From NCBI RefSeq assembly GCF_003918875.1, contig NW_025767078.1, positions 682,001-746,000 of the forward strand: 64,000 nt of DNA. The letters run 5' to 3'. The notes below the pieces were generated by a model, which was not told where the DNA came from, did not search any database, and saw nothing but the letters and a program-made list of their open reading frames with translations. The DNA is from Haliotis rubra. Lineage: Eukaryota. Below are positions 46,601 through 57,561 of this stretch, piece after piece. The position numbers and the translations under genes are program-made. Positions within the stretch are counted from its first letter, which is position 1, and each line of letters starts with the position of its first letter.

Positions 46601-49262
46601 GGTTCAAAATAGAACCAAACACCGATAAGTAATCTATGCACGATGTATGTATGGTAACGTATAAACAAGCAAATATTGAGTCTTCTGTGGGTGTAGTTTG
46701 TTCGTTTGTTGATTAAAGCCACGGTCTGCAATTTTCAAGCCATATGGTGGAGGTTCGTAAATTGTCGAGTCTGAAAATCCAAGGATTGGTATAAACAACC
46801 GGGATACCATGACACGCATCGGGTCAGGGAGCCTGACCGCCTGACCGCCTGACCGCCTGATCCTCCAAGTCGGCAGGGGGTCACCATATATTCACACTGT
46901 TGTCTGATTCCTCATTGTTCTCTGTGGCCTTGGTTTGTTCTGTTGACGCAGGACAGAAGAGTGCCCGGGGTTCTCCACTCCGAGCACAGTCCATCTGACA
47001 CCCTGAGATGTTTCCACATTTCCAAGTTCCAGGTGGGTCAACTAAGCAACGCTTCCTGGTAGAAGTCAAAAGAATTTACTGTCTGGGCGTGGTGTAGGGG
47101 GGCCCTGAGCTGATGATGAACCTTACCAGTTCGACTGTGCCGCTCTCACCCACTACCTGCATAAAATCTATTTCAGTCGGTATTGCAACAACAACAACAA
47201 CAACAACAATAGTGTCACTACTTATAGCCACCATACACCCGTCGCCTATCTACAACCAGAGACCATATACTAGTACTAGTATATCTATTATATGGTCTCT
47301 GCTACAACGCTTAGAGAATGTATTGCTATTACATCATATGTTCCCTGGATATTCTCGAACTCTCAATAACAAGCCTGATGATAGTGGGTCCTATATCCCC
47401 AATATAGGACCCTCTGGGTGATGTTTATCATATATCCTCCCACATATCCCATGCATCATGCATACTGAACAATTGTCTGCATGAAATGGCGTTATAAGGA
47501 GGACGAGTCCAAACCAGTACACATATTCCCCAAGGGTGGACTTGCCTGTGCTCATCCTTTCGCGAATGCCTTGTATCACTTAAGATTCATAGCCACGTGC
47601 GATAAACTCCGAATCACTTTCTTATGATAATGGAAAGAGTTCTGTGCTTTAATACCGCGCCACGCCCTGACTAATATCAGCCTGGTTCCCGGGGTCTGTT
47701 GCGCCTGCGCTAACGCGCCGACTGTCAGTGTTGGAGCGTTAGCGCAGGCGCAACAGACCCCGGGAACCAGGCTGGGACTAATATTTGAATATTCTTTTGA
47801 GTGCGAAACCCTGATTCGTTTTCAACATCTAACCAATCTAATTGAAATGCGTGACACGTTGTTACTACAACATATTCCATGTGATAGCATAACAATCCCA
47901 TTTGTCACTGTTGACCCACAATGCACCATTGCCCTACAGTCAAATACGAACGGTCATCGACGTGGAAAATATCTGCTCTTATAATATTATACAAGATGTC
48001 TTTTGGGGCAAATCTGTACTGACGCGTCATTTGCCAATCACATGGGGATTATTTTATTATATTCCGCAGGTATTTACTAGCCCTGCTCCAAGGCTGTACT
48101 GAAGGCTAATACCATGCATGGATAGTAATTCCATCCTTTAAAGAGGCAAGTCTAGATAAGGGGACAGGGTCCCAGTCTGTTCTTTATTTTATTTTTAGAA
48201 ATTATCATTTACACTATTAATTCTATCTTTGGAGACTTGTGCAAGTCTAGTATTTACTAAATGTCCGAGATATGGCGCCGCATGCCTGGCACTCCTCATG
48301 CATATTTTCATTTAATATTTTTCTGCTGGTGCTACGTTCTTGTCATATGTTCTAAACATATTACTCATGAAAGCAACAGCCCATGCATACCGATAGAGTA
48401 TGATGCTTGAGCCGCACATTTGAAAACTTGATTTGAACCCAAAAATTCCAACGTTATCAAAAAGGTATTAAGCTGAAAACAGTCGCAGGTTCATTCCCAT
48501 ATGGAATACACCATCACCGCAAAACCAGTTTGGTTTGTTTAACTTATCCACCATCAAAACTGGTATACGTTCTTTTGCATGGCGGGTTTACCTGAATCGT
48601 TCTCAGAACAAATAACAGTTTATATTTCGTTTTATGTCTTTACATGATTACATATGTTATAGAAACAGTTTACTGGAAAATATTCGGCAGCTGGCCTTAT
48701 TGTGTGACGATCAGTTACAGATGTATTAAACAGATGTGAATGGTTCTCTTGTTTTGGAATCGTTAAGGATCATGGATTGATACTTACTGATGATTATCGC
48801 TGCGAGGAGCCTGATAGATGAAGAGGGAGGGTCGCAGTCGGGGAAGACGGGACGAAGAATGTAGGTGGCAAATATCAGACTAGCAGCGGCCACCCCCACT
48901 GGGCACAGAATGATAAGATTCACCCACAGACACAGAAACGCCGGACAATCTCCAAAAGCACGTTTAATGTACACATATTCCCCTCCCGATTCTGGAATCG
49001 AAGCACCAAGTTCTGCAAAACACAAGGCACAGAGTGTCGAGTAAACTCCACACAGCGCCCACATTACACAAGACATTCCGACAGAGCGCACATTGTAGAG
49101 GATCCCAACTGGGGACACGAAAATCCCTGCTCCGATGATAATCCCGACGATTATAGAGACACAGTGAAAGAGGTTGATCTGTTTTTTTAACTGCACTTTT
49201 TGCTGAGGTTGGGAGTCGAGGCCTTGAGCGAGGGTCCTCTTGCCTTTAGCCCCAGCTGCCAT
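25914..49262 (-). CDS. SLC7 heteromeric amino-acid transporter light chain (LAT/y+LAT/xCT/b0,+AT family); join([49262-48788 or 42707-42236],36115-35990,35351-35252,34435-34391,32865-32742,31918-31815,30690-30594,28968-28819,27717-27543,25984-25914), 488 or 487 aa
   Basis: GT-AG introns, consistent phases, open frame. TM1 IIGAGIF, AELG..PESGGEY, FP.CDPP (Cys for the SLC3 disulfide), TM6 [31 protein letters not shown]. Confidence 0.95.
26884..27234 (-). mobile_element. tRNA-derived SINE family C (~350 bp; body resembles the Meta/MESC domain, from memory)
   Basis: A/B boxes, body cgtaccaaaagac...ccctgcctggcgctcggcatt, (cacct)n tail, TSD cggacaaacagaag. Confidence 0.85.
27240..27412. mobile_element. 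Fold-back MITE with 8-bp TSD GTCCGGAC (P-element or hAT superfamily)
   Basis: Near-perfect palindrome cacagggg...cccctgtg; TSD at 27232-27239 and 27413-27420. Confidence 0.85.
27543..27717 (-). CDS. SLC7 exon 9 (LPVVVP...GVPVY...KHKL)
   Basis: tttcag| acceptor, G|gtaagg donor. Confidence 0.94.
28317..28562 (+). mobile_element. Family B element
   Basis: Near-consensus copy with (ctca)n tail. Confidence 0.85.
28819..28968 (-). CDS. SLC7 exon 8 (LILTLIM...[13 protein letters not shown])
   Basis: cttccag| acceptor, AAG|gtatta donor. Confidence 0.94.
30594..30690 (-). CDS. SLC7 exon 7 ([12 protein letters not shown]...TPAPSLIVI)
   Basis: ttttag| acceptor, |gtgagt donor. Confidence 0.94.
31320..31518. 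repeat. Dispersed repeat family E (~200 bp); other copies ~20399-21025 (interrupted) and 26096-26308
   Basis: Three homologous copies gcttagtctctgaatata...ggttcagggactgtgag. Confidence 0.8.
31660..31780. repeat. 22-bp tandem repeat (gagagagggtttgcgtttggtt)n
   Basis: About 5-6 units downstream of the SLC7 exon 6 donor. Confidence 0.85.
31815..31918 (-). CDS. SLC7 exon 6 ([15 protein letters not shown]...[10 protein letters not shown])
   Basis: ttttcag| acceptor, AG|gtaacg donor. Confidence 0.93.
32742..32865 (-). CDS. SLC7 exon 5 ([10 protein letters not shown]...STAVAV)
   Basis: ttgcag| acceptor, |gtaagt donor. Confidence 0.94.
33021..33184 (-). mobile_element. SINE family A
   Basis: TSD ttcaagtatgac on both sides. 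Confidence 0.9.
33280..33876. mobile_element. MITE with ~75-bp TIRs
   Basis: cagtctaagtaaacttag...ccctagtagaaggtcg mirrored at the right end. Confidence 0.8.
34391..34435 (-). CDS. SLC7 exon 4 ([15 protein letters not shown])
   Basis: atttcag| acceptor, CG|gtaggt donor, 45 nt. Confidence 0.92.
34850..35246. repeat. 22/44-bp AT-rich tandem repeat (tagtattatgtaaatactcatc)n
   Basis: Tandem periodicity abutting the SLC7 exon 3 donor. Confidence 0.9.
35252..35351 (-). CDS. SLC7 exon 3 ([12 protein letters not shown]...[11 protein letters not shown])
   Basis: tttttag| acceptor, TG|gtacgt donor. Confidence 0.93.
35400..35571 (-). mobile_element. SINE family A
   Basis: TSD cgcttgcca(g/a)gga; near-consensus copy. 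Confidence 0.9.
35990..36115 (-). CDS. SLC7 constant exon 2 ([17 protein letters not shown]...WLGK)
   Basis: ttttcag| acceptor, G|gtgagt donor, 126 nt, phase 1-1. Confidence 0.93.
36388..36775 (-). mobile_element. SINE family C with an internal 30-bp tandem duplication
   Basis: Homologous to 26884-27234; TSD cgttagaac. Confidence 0.85.
37236..37507. mobile_element. Tc1/mariner(pogo)-type MITE
   Basis: ta-ccgtatttc...gaaatacgg-ta, internal cccggcgcttattagag subrepeats. Confidence 0.8.
38603..38712. mobile_element. Short palindromic MITE; second copy at ~57991-58098
   Basis: ggtccgatccacaaaa...tttggggatcgggacc, two homologous copies. Confidence 0.7.
39260..39630 (+). mobile_element. Decayed LINE ORF2 fragment related to the element at 53.5-55.7 kb
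   Basis: [20 protein letters not shown] and [10 protein letters not shown] parallel LFDQLVKPILLYGAEVWG and MVYGELGRYP. Confidence 0.7.
41455..41623 (-). mobile_element. SINE family A
   Basis: A/B boxes, (gagt)n tail on the + strand. Confidence 0.85.
42236..42707 (-). CDS. SLC7 first coding exon, proximal variant 1B
   Basis: ATG at 42707 aligns with the 1A start, 472 nt, A|gtaggt phase-1 donor at the homologous codon. Confidence 0.88.
43259..43458 (-). pseudogene. Decayed third copy of the SLC7 first exon (pseudo-exon)
   Basis: Minus-strand fragments FAQ...[18 protein letters not shown] (43321-43341) and [12 protein letters not shown] (43268-43306) are collinear with exons 1A/1B; stops, frameshifts and a ~60-nt deletion. 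Confidence 0.85.
44560..45960. repeat. 76-bp minisatellite, ~18 units, with higher-order structure
   Basis: Unit starts at 44734, 44810, 44886, 44962, 45038 (period 76). Confidence 0.95.
47678..47774. mobile_element. 97-bp hairpin MITE with 9-10-bp TSD
   Basis: Perfect arms cagcctggttcccggggtctgttgcgcctgcgctaacgc; flanks gactaatat; partial relative at ~40408-40440. Confidence 0.85.
48788..49262 (-). CDS. SLC7 first coding exon, distal variant 1A (N-terminus to start of TM4)
   Basis: ATG at 49262, 475 nt, A|gtaagt phase-1 donor. Confidence 0.93.
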
Positions 49263-52200
49263 CCTTGCTGTTCAGGGATCGTCGTTCGACTGTCACGAAC
49301 AGTAAAATTTTGGTCACGTTGAATATGCATGTCAGATACCAAGGTCTACATACTGCGGCCCTGACACAGTATACAAAGTAGTTAGTAGCGGTTTGTACTG
49401 TCAAAATGATTAGATTACACGGTGCTCACCCTTGAACCTGCAAGTAGGCTATTGTGTCTAAACACTGACATCACCTTACATAAGGTGCGAGGCTATCAGA
49501 TCATCACCCCGTGACCCACACCTACGTCCATAGCTGAAACAGCATCCGTATCTTTGTTACGTATATCTCCACTGACGTATCATATAACCCATTTTATGCG
49601 TAGAGGGCATTAAAAAGGGTTTCAATAATTTTTTATGACTTTGATGTCACACCCGTATTATTCACACCCGTTTTACATTCAAAGACCTCTTTAAGGCAGA
49701 TACTATAGCGATTGAGTTAAGTTTTACGCCGCACTCAGCAATATTCTAGCTATATGGCGGCGGTCTGCCCGATACTAGAGACAGGAATACAACAACTACA
49801 ACAACAAGAACAACAGTATTTTTGTAAAACTGAAACAATAATAATGGTCATGTTTTTGCTTCATGTTTTAGGGATGCCATAGTCAGAATCCCTGAACCAT
49901 GTTAATTTCCATTCCTCTCATCCCTTACTCTGGTGTTACAGCTCGAAACAGGGCAGGTTTAGATTTCTTTAGGTCTATATCATGTGAGACCTATGTTTGT
50001 TGTGAGAGATATAAGATGGATCAGGTGGTCAGGTTGGTGACTTGGTTGACATGATGTCATCGTGCCCCACTGACACCAATATTATGGATCGTTCCTCATA
50101 ATATCAATCGCAGGATTGTCTGGTTCAACCTCAGTTATTTACAGACTGCCGTGATTTAGCTGGAATACTGTTGAGTGCGACGTTACTCAACATTACCCCA
50201 CAAACGTTAACTCAGCGAGTCGCCTCTTACGACAAGCATTGGTTGCTGAAGACCAGTTCTAACTCTGATCTTCAGAGTTGGTGTCGGCAGTCTTGCTAGT
50301 ATCTCAGATCCAGCGGAACAGTGATGGAATACTAAAACAGATCTGATCGGTTTGATCACAAAGGTGCTGATTTAGGAAACATCAAATGTAAACTTATAAA
50401 TGCGGTTCGTCTCATTTTAAAGAAAAGCCGGAAATAGATTCAAGAATGTCGTCAAAACGTTATGGATTTTATGTTCAATTCCAGCAACCATCAACAGCCA
50501 ATACACATGACTATAACATTTTTTTTTAAATCAGTATTTCGAAGGTTCGTCACGCCGAGAAGGTCGATTCCCCATGGGCACAATGTGTTAAGCCCATTTC
50601 TGGTGTCCCCGCCGTGATATTGCTGGAATATTGCTAAAAGCGGCGTAAAACTAAACTCAATCAGTATTTCGAGAAGGTCCTTCACCAGTCACGGTACACT
50701 AGTTCACGATTCTGGAACACTGTACCTATCTTCTAAACCAAAAGATGAACGAGGAGACTGTGAAAAATGTTGAACCAATTATTGATTTAATTACAGGTCG
50801 CTTTCCAAGTGCTTGGGCTACAACAGTCATGAGCGCAGTTTCATGACGATGTGTTCTTATCAGATGGGTACTTCCCCGAAGATTCAGATATTCTTGGAGA
50901 AAAGTAACAGTGGGGTTGCGAAACGAACGTACACATTCCCATATCGACAATATATGTTACTGACGTATAGGAACACATTACACGCTTAAAAGGTACAGTT
51001 TATTGTTTTTGTAGATTTTAAGCAACCGTTTTATTTGGTAAGTAGAAGTAAATTGATATTTTAGCATGAAATTGAATAGACATACACTGAAAAACTCTAG
51101 AGTTTAGAGAACGTAACGTAAATTCAGATGTTTATATGTCTGCAATAATGGAAACACATAATCTGAGTATTATGCTTGCTTGCTTGGTCTACAGCAAGGA
51201 TGCACTCTCTGTCGTTTACATTTTCTGTATTTTAAACTATTTTGAGGAATTATATTTTCTAGGTTTAGATTTGTATTCTTATCAGAGGAAATGTACAATT
51301 AAATGTCTTTCATTAGGGTATCTTAGAGGACAGAGGCACTTTCTTTTAAGTTAGTGAATGAGTGAATTTGTAAATGAGTTTGATTTAATGCCGCTTTTTA
51401 CAGTAAACAGCTTATTGTTGGAGTGGTGGAGGTCTGAGACGATAGGGGGCGGTGGGGTAGCCTATTGGTTAAAGCGTACGCCCGTCACGTCGAAGACCCA
51501 GGTTCGATTTCCCACACGAGTACAATGTGTGAAGCTCATTTCTGGTGTCCCCTGCCGTGATATTGCTGGATTATTGCTAAAAGCGGGGTACAACTAAACT
51601 CACTCACTCACTACTTGTGACTTTAGCTAGCTACCAGTAAGGCAGTACTGGAGGTCCGCTAATTGTTGGGTACAAGGAGCTATTGTCCCCTGCTGTGATA
51701 TTGCTGGATTATTGCTAAAAGCGGCGTACAACTAAACTGACTCACTCACTCTGAGACGTTTGCCACGTAAGTGAAAACAACTGAGCTCGAGTATGATACT
51801 GACAAACTTATTCGCCTTGACGCCATGTTCGAGAAATAGTTTATCTGATACTATAGATAATGTTTATATTACTATACTGATACCTTCAGTCATATCCATC
51901 GTGTTACCGATAGCGTTATTAGTCAATAATGTGTCGCGCCATCAAGCTGAAGAATGTATCTTAACGGGTTTAAGGAAGCACTCCTATAATATTTTATAGC
52001 TACGTTCTCATTGATTGGACCTTGCTTTCAACTGTTGACACAATAATGAGCGAGTTCGTTTTCCGCGTTGACCTGATGTGAGAGCAGCCTGGTTCCTGGA
52101 TACGGAGTATTACCATCTCCGTCCTTATTACTATAATAATACTTAATTTAATACTTTTGTATTATTCTGCAGTTGAATTTATACTAGATGGTTGGTTTGT

Positions 52201-52958
52201 TGTTTAACGTCGCAATCAACAATGTCTCAGCTATATAGCGGCGGCCTGTAAATAATCGAGTCTGGGCCAGACAATCCAGTGATCAACAGCATGAACATCG
52301 ATATACGCAATTGGGATACGACACGTGTCAACCAAGTCAGCGAGCCTGACCTCAGATCCCGTTAGTCACCTCTTAAAACAAGCATGGGTTACTGAAGATC
52401 AATATTTAAACCCGGATCTTCACAGGTTTTATACAGTTATTGACACACTATCTTGTACTTACACTTTAATACCTTTCAAGTGATTTGAATTAATGTGTAA
52501 ACTTAGCTGATCATATAATATATAATACAATGGTTAATCACATTCCTTGGACGTTTGTTGGTTTCACATGCAGTTCGTTTACGAACTGATTCCCGACTAA
52601 CTTTCAGTTTGGGCGGTGGGGTAGACTAGTGGTTAAAGCGTCCGCTTGTCACGCCGAAGACTTGGGTTCGATTCCCCACATGTGAAGCCCATTTCTGGTG
52701 TCCCCCGCCGTGATATTGCTGGAATATTGCTATGATTAATATGCTACACATTCAGTTAAGACATTCATGTAGTTCTTTAAATGCCTATCTTTTTCGTGTC
52801 AATGTATCTGAAAGTATAGCTTGATTTTGTGATGCTCGGGTGGAAGATGCCAATCATTTCTTTTAAAATGCCCAAATTATGTCAGCTGCCGGTTTGATTT
52901 GATACATAGCTTTGAAACCTAGCTTAGATATGACACTATTTTATAACTATAATGAAAA

Positions 52959-55900
52959 TATACTCTCCCTAAAAAAGAAACGCATAGGCGTTTTGTATTT
53001 TAAACAATCTATTAATTACCTATTGTGTTCAAACAATCGTCAAAATATGTAACAAAAGTGTTGATAACATGATTTTACACAATCGCACAAGTGAAAAATC
53101 GACTTTACCTGAAAATGTTGATTTTGATGAGATTTCTTACAAGGATTAAAAACGCATCGCCACAACGCAACAAAAATCACCTTCCAGTTGAAATTGTGCA
53201 GCAAAGAGCATGCACTGTCTGGCTATAAAATCCAGATTACTTGCGGAAATCGGCATTCGTTTTGAAGGAGTTTCAAGGTGAATTCACTACGCCACGTCTT
53301 GATACTGCGACACGGAACATCGCCATTGAAAGAATGCACGCTGGAGATTACCAATCTTCTGTTGCCAGGCGTCTGAATGCTAGTCTGAGCACGATATGAC
53401 GGCTTGCAGCTCGTTACAACCAATCAGGTATAACAAATGACCGTCCCCGTTTAGGCAGACCTATTTTTTCAATTCAATTCAATTCAAAGTTTATTCTCAT
53501 AGGAGTCATATACATGACATAGAGAAAAACAAATACATGTGCAAAACAATGAAACAAATACATACTACATTAACGGAGCGTACGCAAGCCCCATTTCACA
53601 AAAAGAGCAAGTTTAACAAGTATTGGTTTTGTATGTGATAGACATAAGTGAAATATATTTGTCCACAGTGGGATGTTTACAATAATATAGAGGGAGATAT
53701 TTGTTTCGTATTTCGTTTAACTCATTGCATTCTAATATAAAGTGAAATTCATCCCCAATTTTACTCTTGCATGATGTACACAATCTATTTTCTTTATCAA
53801 TTTTATGCCATCTACCAGTTTCAATAGGGAGTCTGTGGTTACAAGTTCTAAGTTTTGTAGTATAAATACGTAAATCTAGAGGAAGTTGCAACAAATAAGT
53901 TTCAATATAAAGATTATCCTTAAACATATTGTAATATAGGCCTTTCGATGATTGTGATTTACTTTCTCTCAAGTTTGTAGAAACTGATCAACGAGTACAG
54001 TTTTAACATTATTTACCAGCCAATGGGTACTCTGAAATTCATGTAATTGCCAAATGTAGCTAAAGCCTGTATTCTCTAAGACAGATTTTACTTCCGCTAT
54101 TAGCGGATATTTAGCATTGCCTGAGAATTGTGCAAATTGAACATTAATTTATACATTACTTTTGATAGTTTACCATGAGATAATAATAATTTACACCAAT
54201 ATGATAACATTCTCAATTTGATAGAAATACTAAGTGGATATCTTCCAAGTTCACCATAAACCATAAAGTCTGGGGTTGTTTTTACCTTCAATATGTATTT
54301 ACAAAATTTCAAATGAATACGTCCTAATTGAATAGTGTTTTCGTAGCCCCACACCTCAGCACCATACAATAAAATAGGCTTAACAAGTTGATCAAAAAGT
54401 TTAAGTTGGCAGTCGACCGGTATATCTAACAAGCGAATTTTTCTAAATATAGCAAACATTGCACGAGAAGATTGGTCAGAGAGCCGTTTAATGGCTTTTA
54501 CAAAAGCGACCAGTGCTTGTGAATAGTACACCAAGATAAACATAATGTTTTTCTACCTCTAAAACAGTATTCTGCAGAAGAAATAATGTACTAAGTTTAC
54601 TGCTTCTTTTGGAAAAATCGAAACTTTAGTTTTAGAAATGTTTACTGTTAGTTTCCGTCGTGTACAGTAAGCATCAAAAGTTTCCAAACAAAGTTTCAAA
54701 TCAGAAGGAGATTCAGATAAAAGTACTGTATAATCAGCATAAAGAATTACCAGTAGCTTAATGAATATACCAATTTCTTTTTAGTGCATAAGCATTTACA
54801 AATTCAAACCAATTACGTTATTTGAAAGAAAATATTCCAAATCATTTTAAATAAAGAGCAAACAGAAATGGAGATAAATTTTCGCCTTGTCTAACACCCG
54901 TATTACAAGGAAAGAATTGGGTTGTACTGCCATTATGAGAAACACATGATTTTATATGCTGATACATATTTTTATAACATTAAAACATTTCCAGTAATAC
55001 CATTATCAACCATTTTCCGCCAAAGGCCACAGCGCCACACAGTATCAAAGGCTTTACTAAAATCAACAAATACGCAGTATAATTTCTTATTTTGATTAAG
55101 GTATATATCAATCAATGCCTTTAAGATATAAATGTTATCAATGGTGGAGTAGTTTTTTTCCTGAAGCCCGCTTGCGCAGAGCTTATGACACCAACGCTGT
55201 CAGAGTAGGCTTGGAGCCGTTTACTTAATATGGATGTGAATAGTTTACCCAAGCAGCTTAAAAGTGACACCCCGATAATTATCCGGGTCCCCAACACACC
55301 CTTTGTTTTGTAAATAGGCTTAATTATACCTAGAAGCCAGGACTCAGGCATTACACCACCATCAAGAACTAAATTAAATAGCTTTACATATACAGGTAAC
55401 ATAACGTCAATAGATGACTTAATATACTCATTCACTATATTATCCAACCCACAAGCTTTGTTGCTTTTCAGACAATGGACAGCAGAAAGAATTTCCTTAT
55501 CTGTAATCACCGAATCTAAAATCTCGTTATGTAACACACCTTCATGAAAACAAATATCACAATCAACCTTGCAGGCTTGTCCTGCGATCAAATCTGTGAA
55601 ATTATTAAATAGCCTCTTGCTTGTCAATACCTAATGCTTTTCAGTGCGATTATCAAATGACTTTAAAATGACCTCGAGTCACCACTGCAGCCCAAGATCG
55701 GTACATCCGGTACTACATGATGGTACTGCCACGGGTGAGAGCCCAGCAGCTAGTGTGCCTGGACGTCGGATGATATCCGGTCAAACTGTACGGAACAGGT
55801 TGAGAGAGATTGATCTGAGAGCCAGGAGACCCGACGTCGGGACAAGTCAATACATTGATTATACAAGAGTCTCGTTTCCTGCTGACTGGGTTTCGTCTTA

Positions 55901-56731
55901 TTACGCAACTTCGTACAATAACCAGTCCTGAATTTTGAGAGACCAATTCATTCAACTGGATACATAAATATTAATCAGTATTATTTGATACATCTGAGCA
56001 CTAGTGTATGTTGCAACACTACGCTCCTTCTAATCCTTTGCAAACGATTCGTGCAGCGTGCTCTTGTCGTACAGCGGGCTCTGACAAACGGAAACCTGGA
56101 AATCGTGGAAATCTCAAAACGAGGCTCTGCCGCTAGAAAAGTTTGGCGGTCTGGTACGGACTTGATATTATATCAATCACATTGTGCATTACAAAACTGC
56201 ATTGAATAAGCGCAAAAACACGTAACACGTGTAACCAATGAGCCAGATGAATTCGTGAATCATTGTTCGACCTCATCAAACAGGGCAGTCTGTGACGTCT
56301 TAGTTAACGCCATGCTGCCTACACCTCGCCATAAAATATAGAAATACGATGTTATTAAAGTTTAAAATTAAAATTACTTGTAAATACCACTTCCTTATGA
56401 AACAAGGAATTGACTTCAGTGTAACCATAGTTGTATGTGTGCGTCTTTTACTTTCACACGAGAAAATCTCTGATCGGCTGAAAATAGGTCATTGTCTGAA
56501 TAGGTTAATGAGACTAATGTTCTGCGGTTTGCCGTGCTACGTCGTCACAATCGCGCTCATCGTCTCCGTTATCTAAAATTATCCACTTGGTTGTATAGAC
56601 ATTTCCTTCTTCTAAACTGATGTAAAAAATTCATGCTCTAAAGTCTATTTGTGGACGAGTTATTCATGTTTGAAAATACAACATTTTCGCAACAGATTTC
56701 TGGTCTATGCGTTTCTTTTGGGGATAGTATA
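52959..56731 (+). mobile_element. Tc1/mariner DNA transposon (decayed transposase) interrupted by a LINE
   Basis: TIR tatactctccctaaaaaagaaacgcatag / ctatgcgtttcttttggggatagtata; transposase TNDRPRLGRP (~53433-53462) continues as RVTTAAQDRYI...ISGQTVRNRLREIDLRARRP (55675 onward). Confidence 0.85.
53463..55669 (-). mobile_element. 5'-truncated, frameshifted non-LTR retrotransposon (RT; RTE-X-like, tentative)
   Basis: KACGLDNI, QAGFR, FVDFSKAFDTVW, GVRQGENLSP, LYADY, HRLPIETGRW, C..C...DEFHFILEC; AATAAA plus (ttgaa)n tail. Confidence 0.9.
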
Positions 56732-57322
56732 CTTTTAGTCAAGTCCATAAATTCATTGTGCGTAGTAAGCCATTCAATTAATGTATAATATGTCTTGCCT
56801 CTGTTAATTGTCCATTACATGTATGTTTTCGATGTAATTCTGTCAAGAGCGGGCTTTAATAAGTTGAATAACGTGTGCGCAATCTCTTCTCAATACTGAA
56901 TAAAATATGTTCAAACAAACATTGAAATCGCAACAAAAGCCTATATACAAAGGAACTGAATAGCTGGGGCCTTGTTAGCTACGAATAGACTTGTTGGTTT
57001 ACTGCTGGGTCGAGTCAAGATAGTACAATCACTTGTCGTCATGGAGATACCATCAACAGTCTCGTAAGTCTTACCTACTGACAGCGTAGCCCATTTTACC
57101 TGTGACTTCCCCACATGGGTACAATGTGTGAAGCTCATTTCTGGTGTCCCCTGCCGTGATGTTGCTGGAATATTGCTAAAAGCGGTGGAAAACCTTACTA
57201 ACTCACTCATTCGTTAGGTAACTGGGATTCGCCAGATACCGTCGGTTCATTCGGTTCATTCCCTTGTTCGCCCCGTCAACATCACACCGAGCTCGTCTGT
57301 GTTGCTTAAGTGGTAGCGTTGA

Positions 57323-57561
57323 GGCCCCGATTTCTCGAAACAAAGTTAAGTCTGAGTTTTGACTTAGGTTAGAGCTTTTACTCAAATTTGAGAAAACGCA
57401 TTTCCCAGAATGAACTGAAATCGATATTAAACTCAAACATTGTAGACAATTTGAGTTTGGTGAATAGAATACTTAAGTTGATTGGGATTTTGTATTTTAA
57501 AAACGCAGCTGAGTTAAAATTAGAATTTGAGTAAAAAAGTTTGTTTCGAGATATCGGGGTC
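57323..57561. mobile_element. MITE with terminal inverted repeats
   Basis: ggccccgatttctcgaaacaaa ... tttgtttcgagatatcggggtc. Confidence 0.7.

Noticed and set aside
42236-49262. Two separate complete SLC7 genes
   Set aside because: No second set of exons 2-10 was found between or around the first-exon copies; the copies are too diverged (~76% aa) to be uncollapsed alleles
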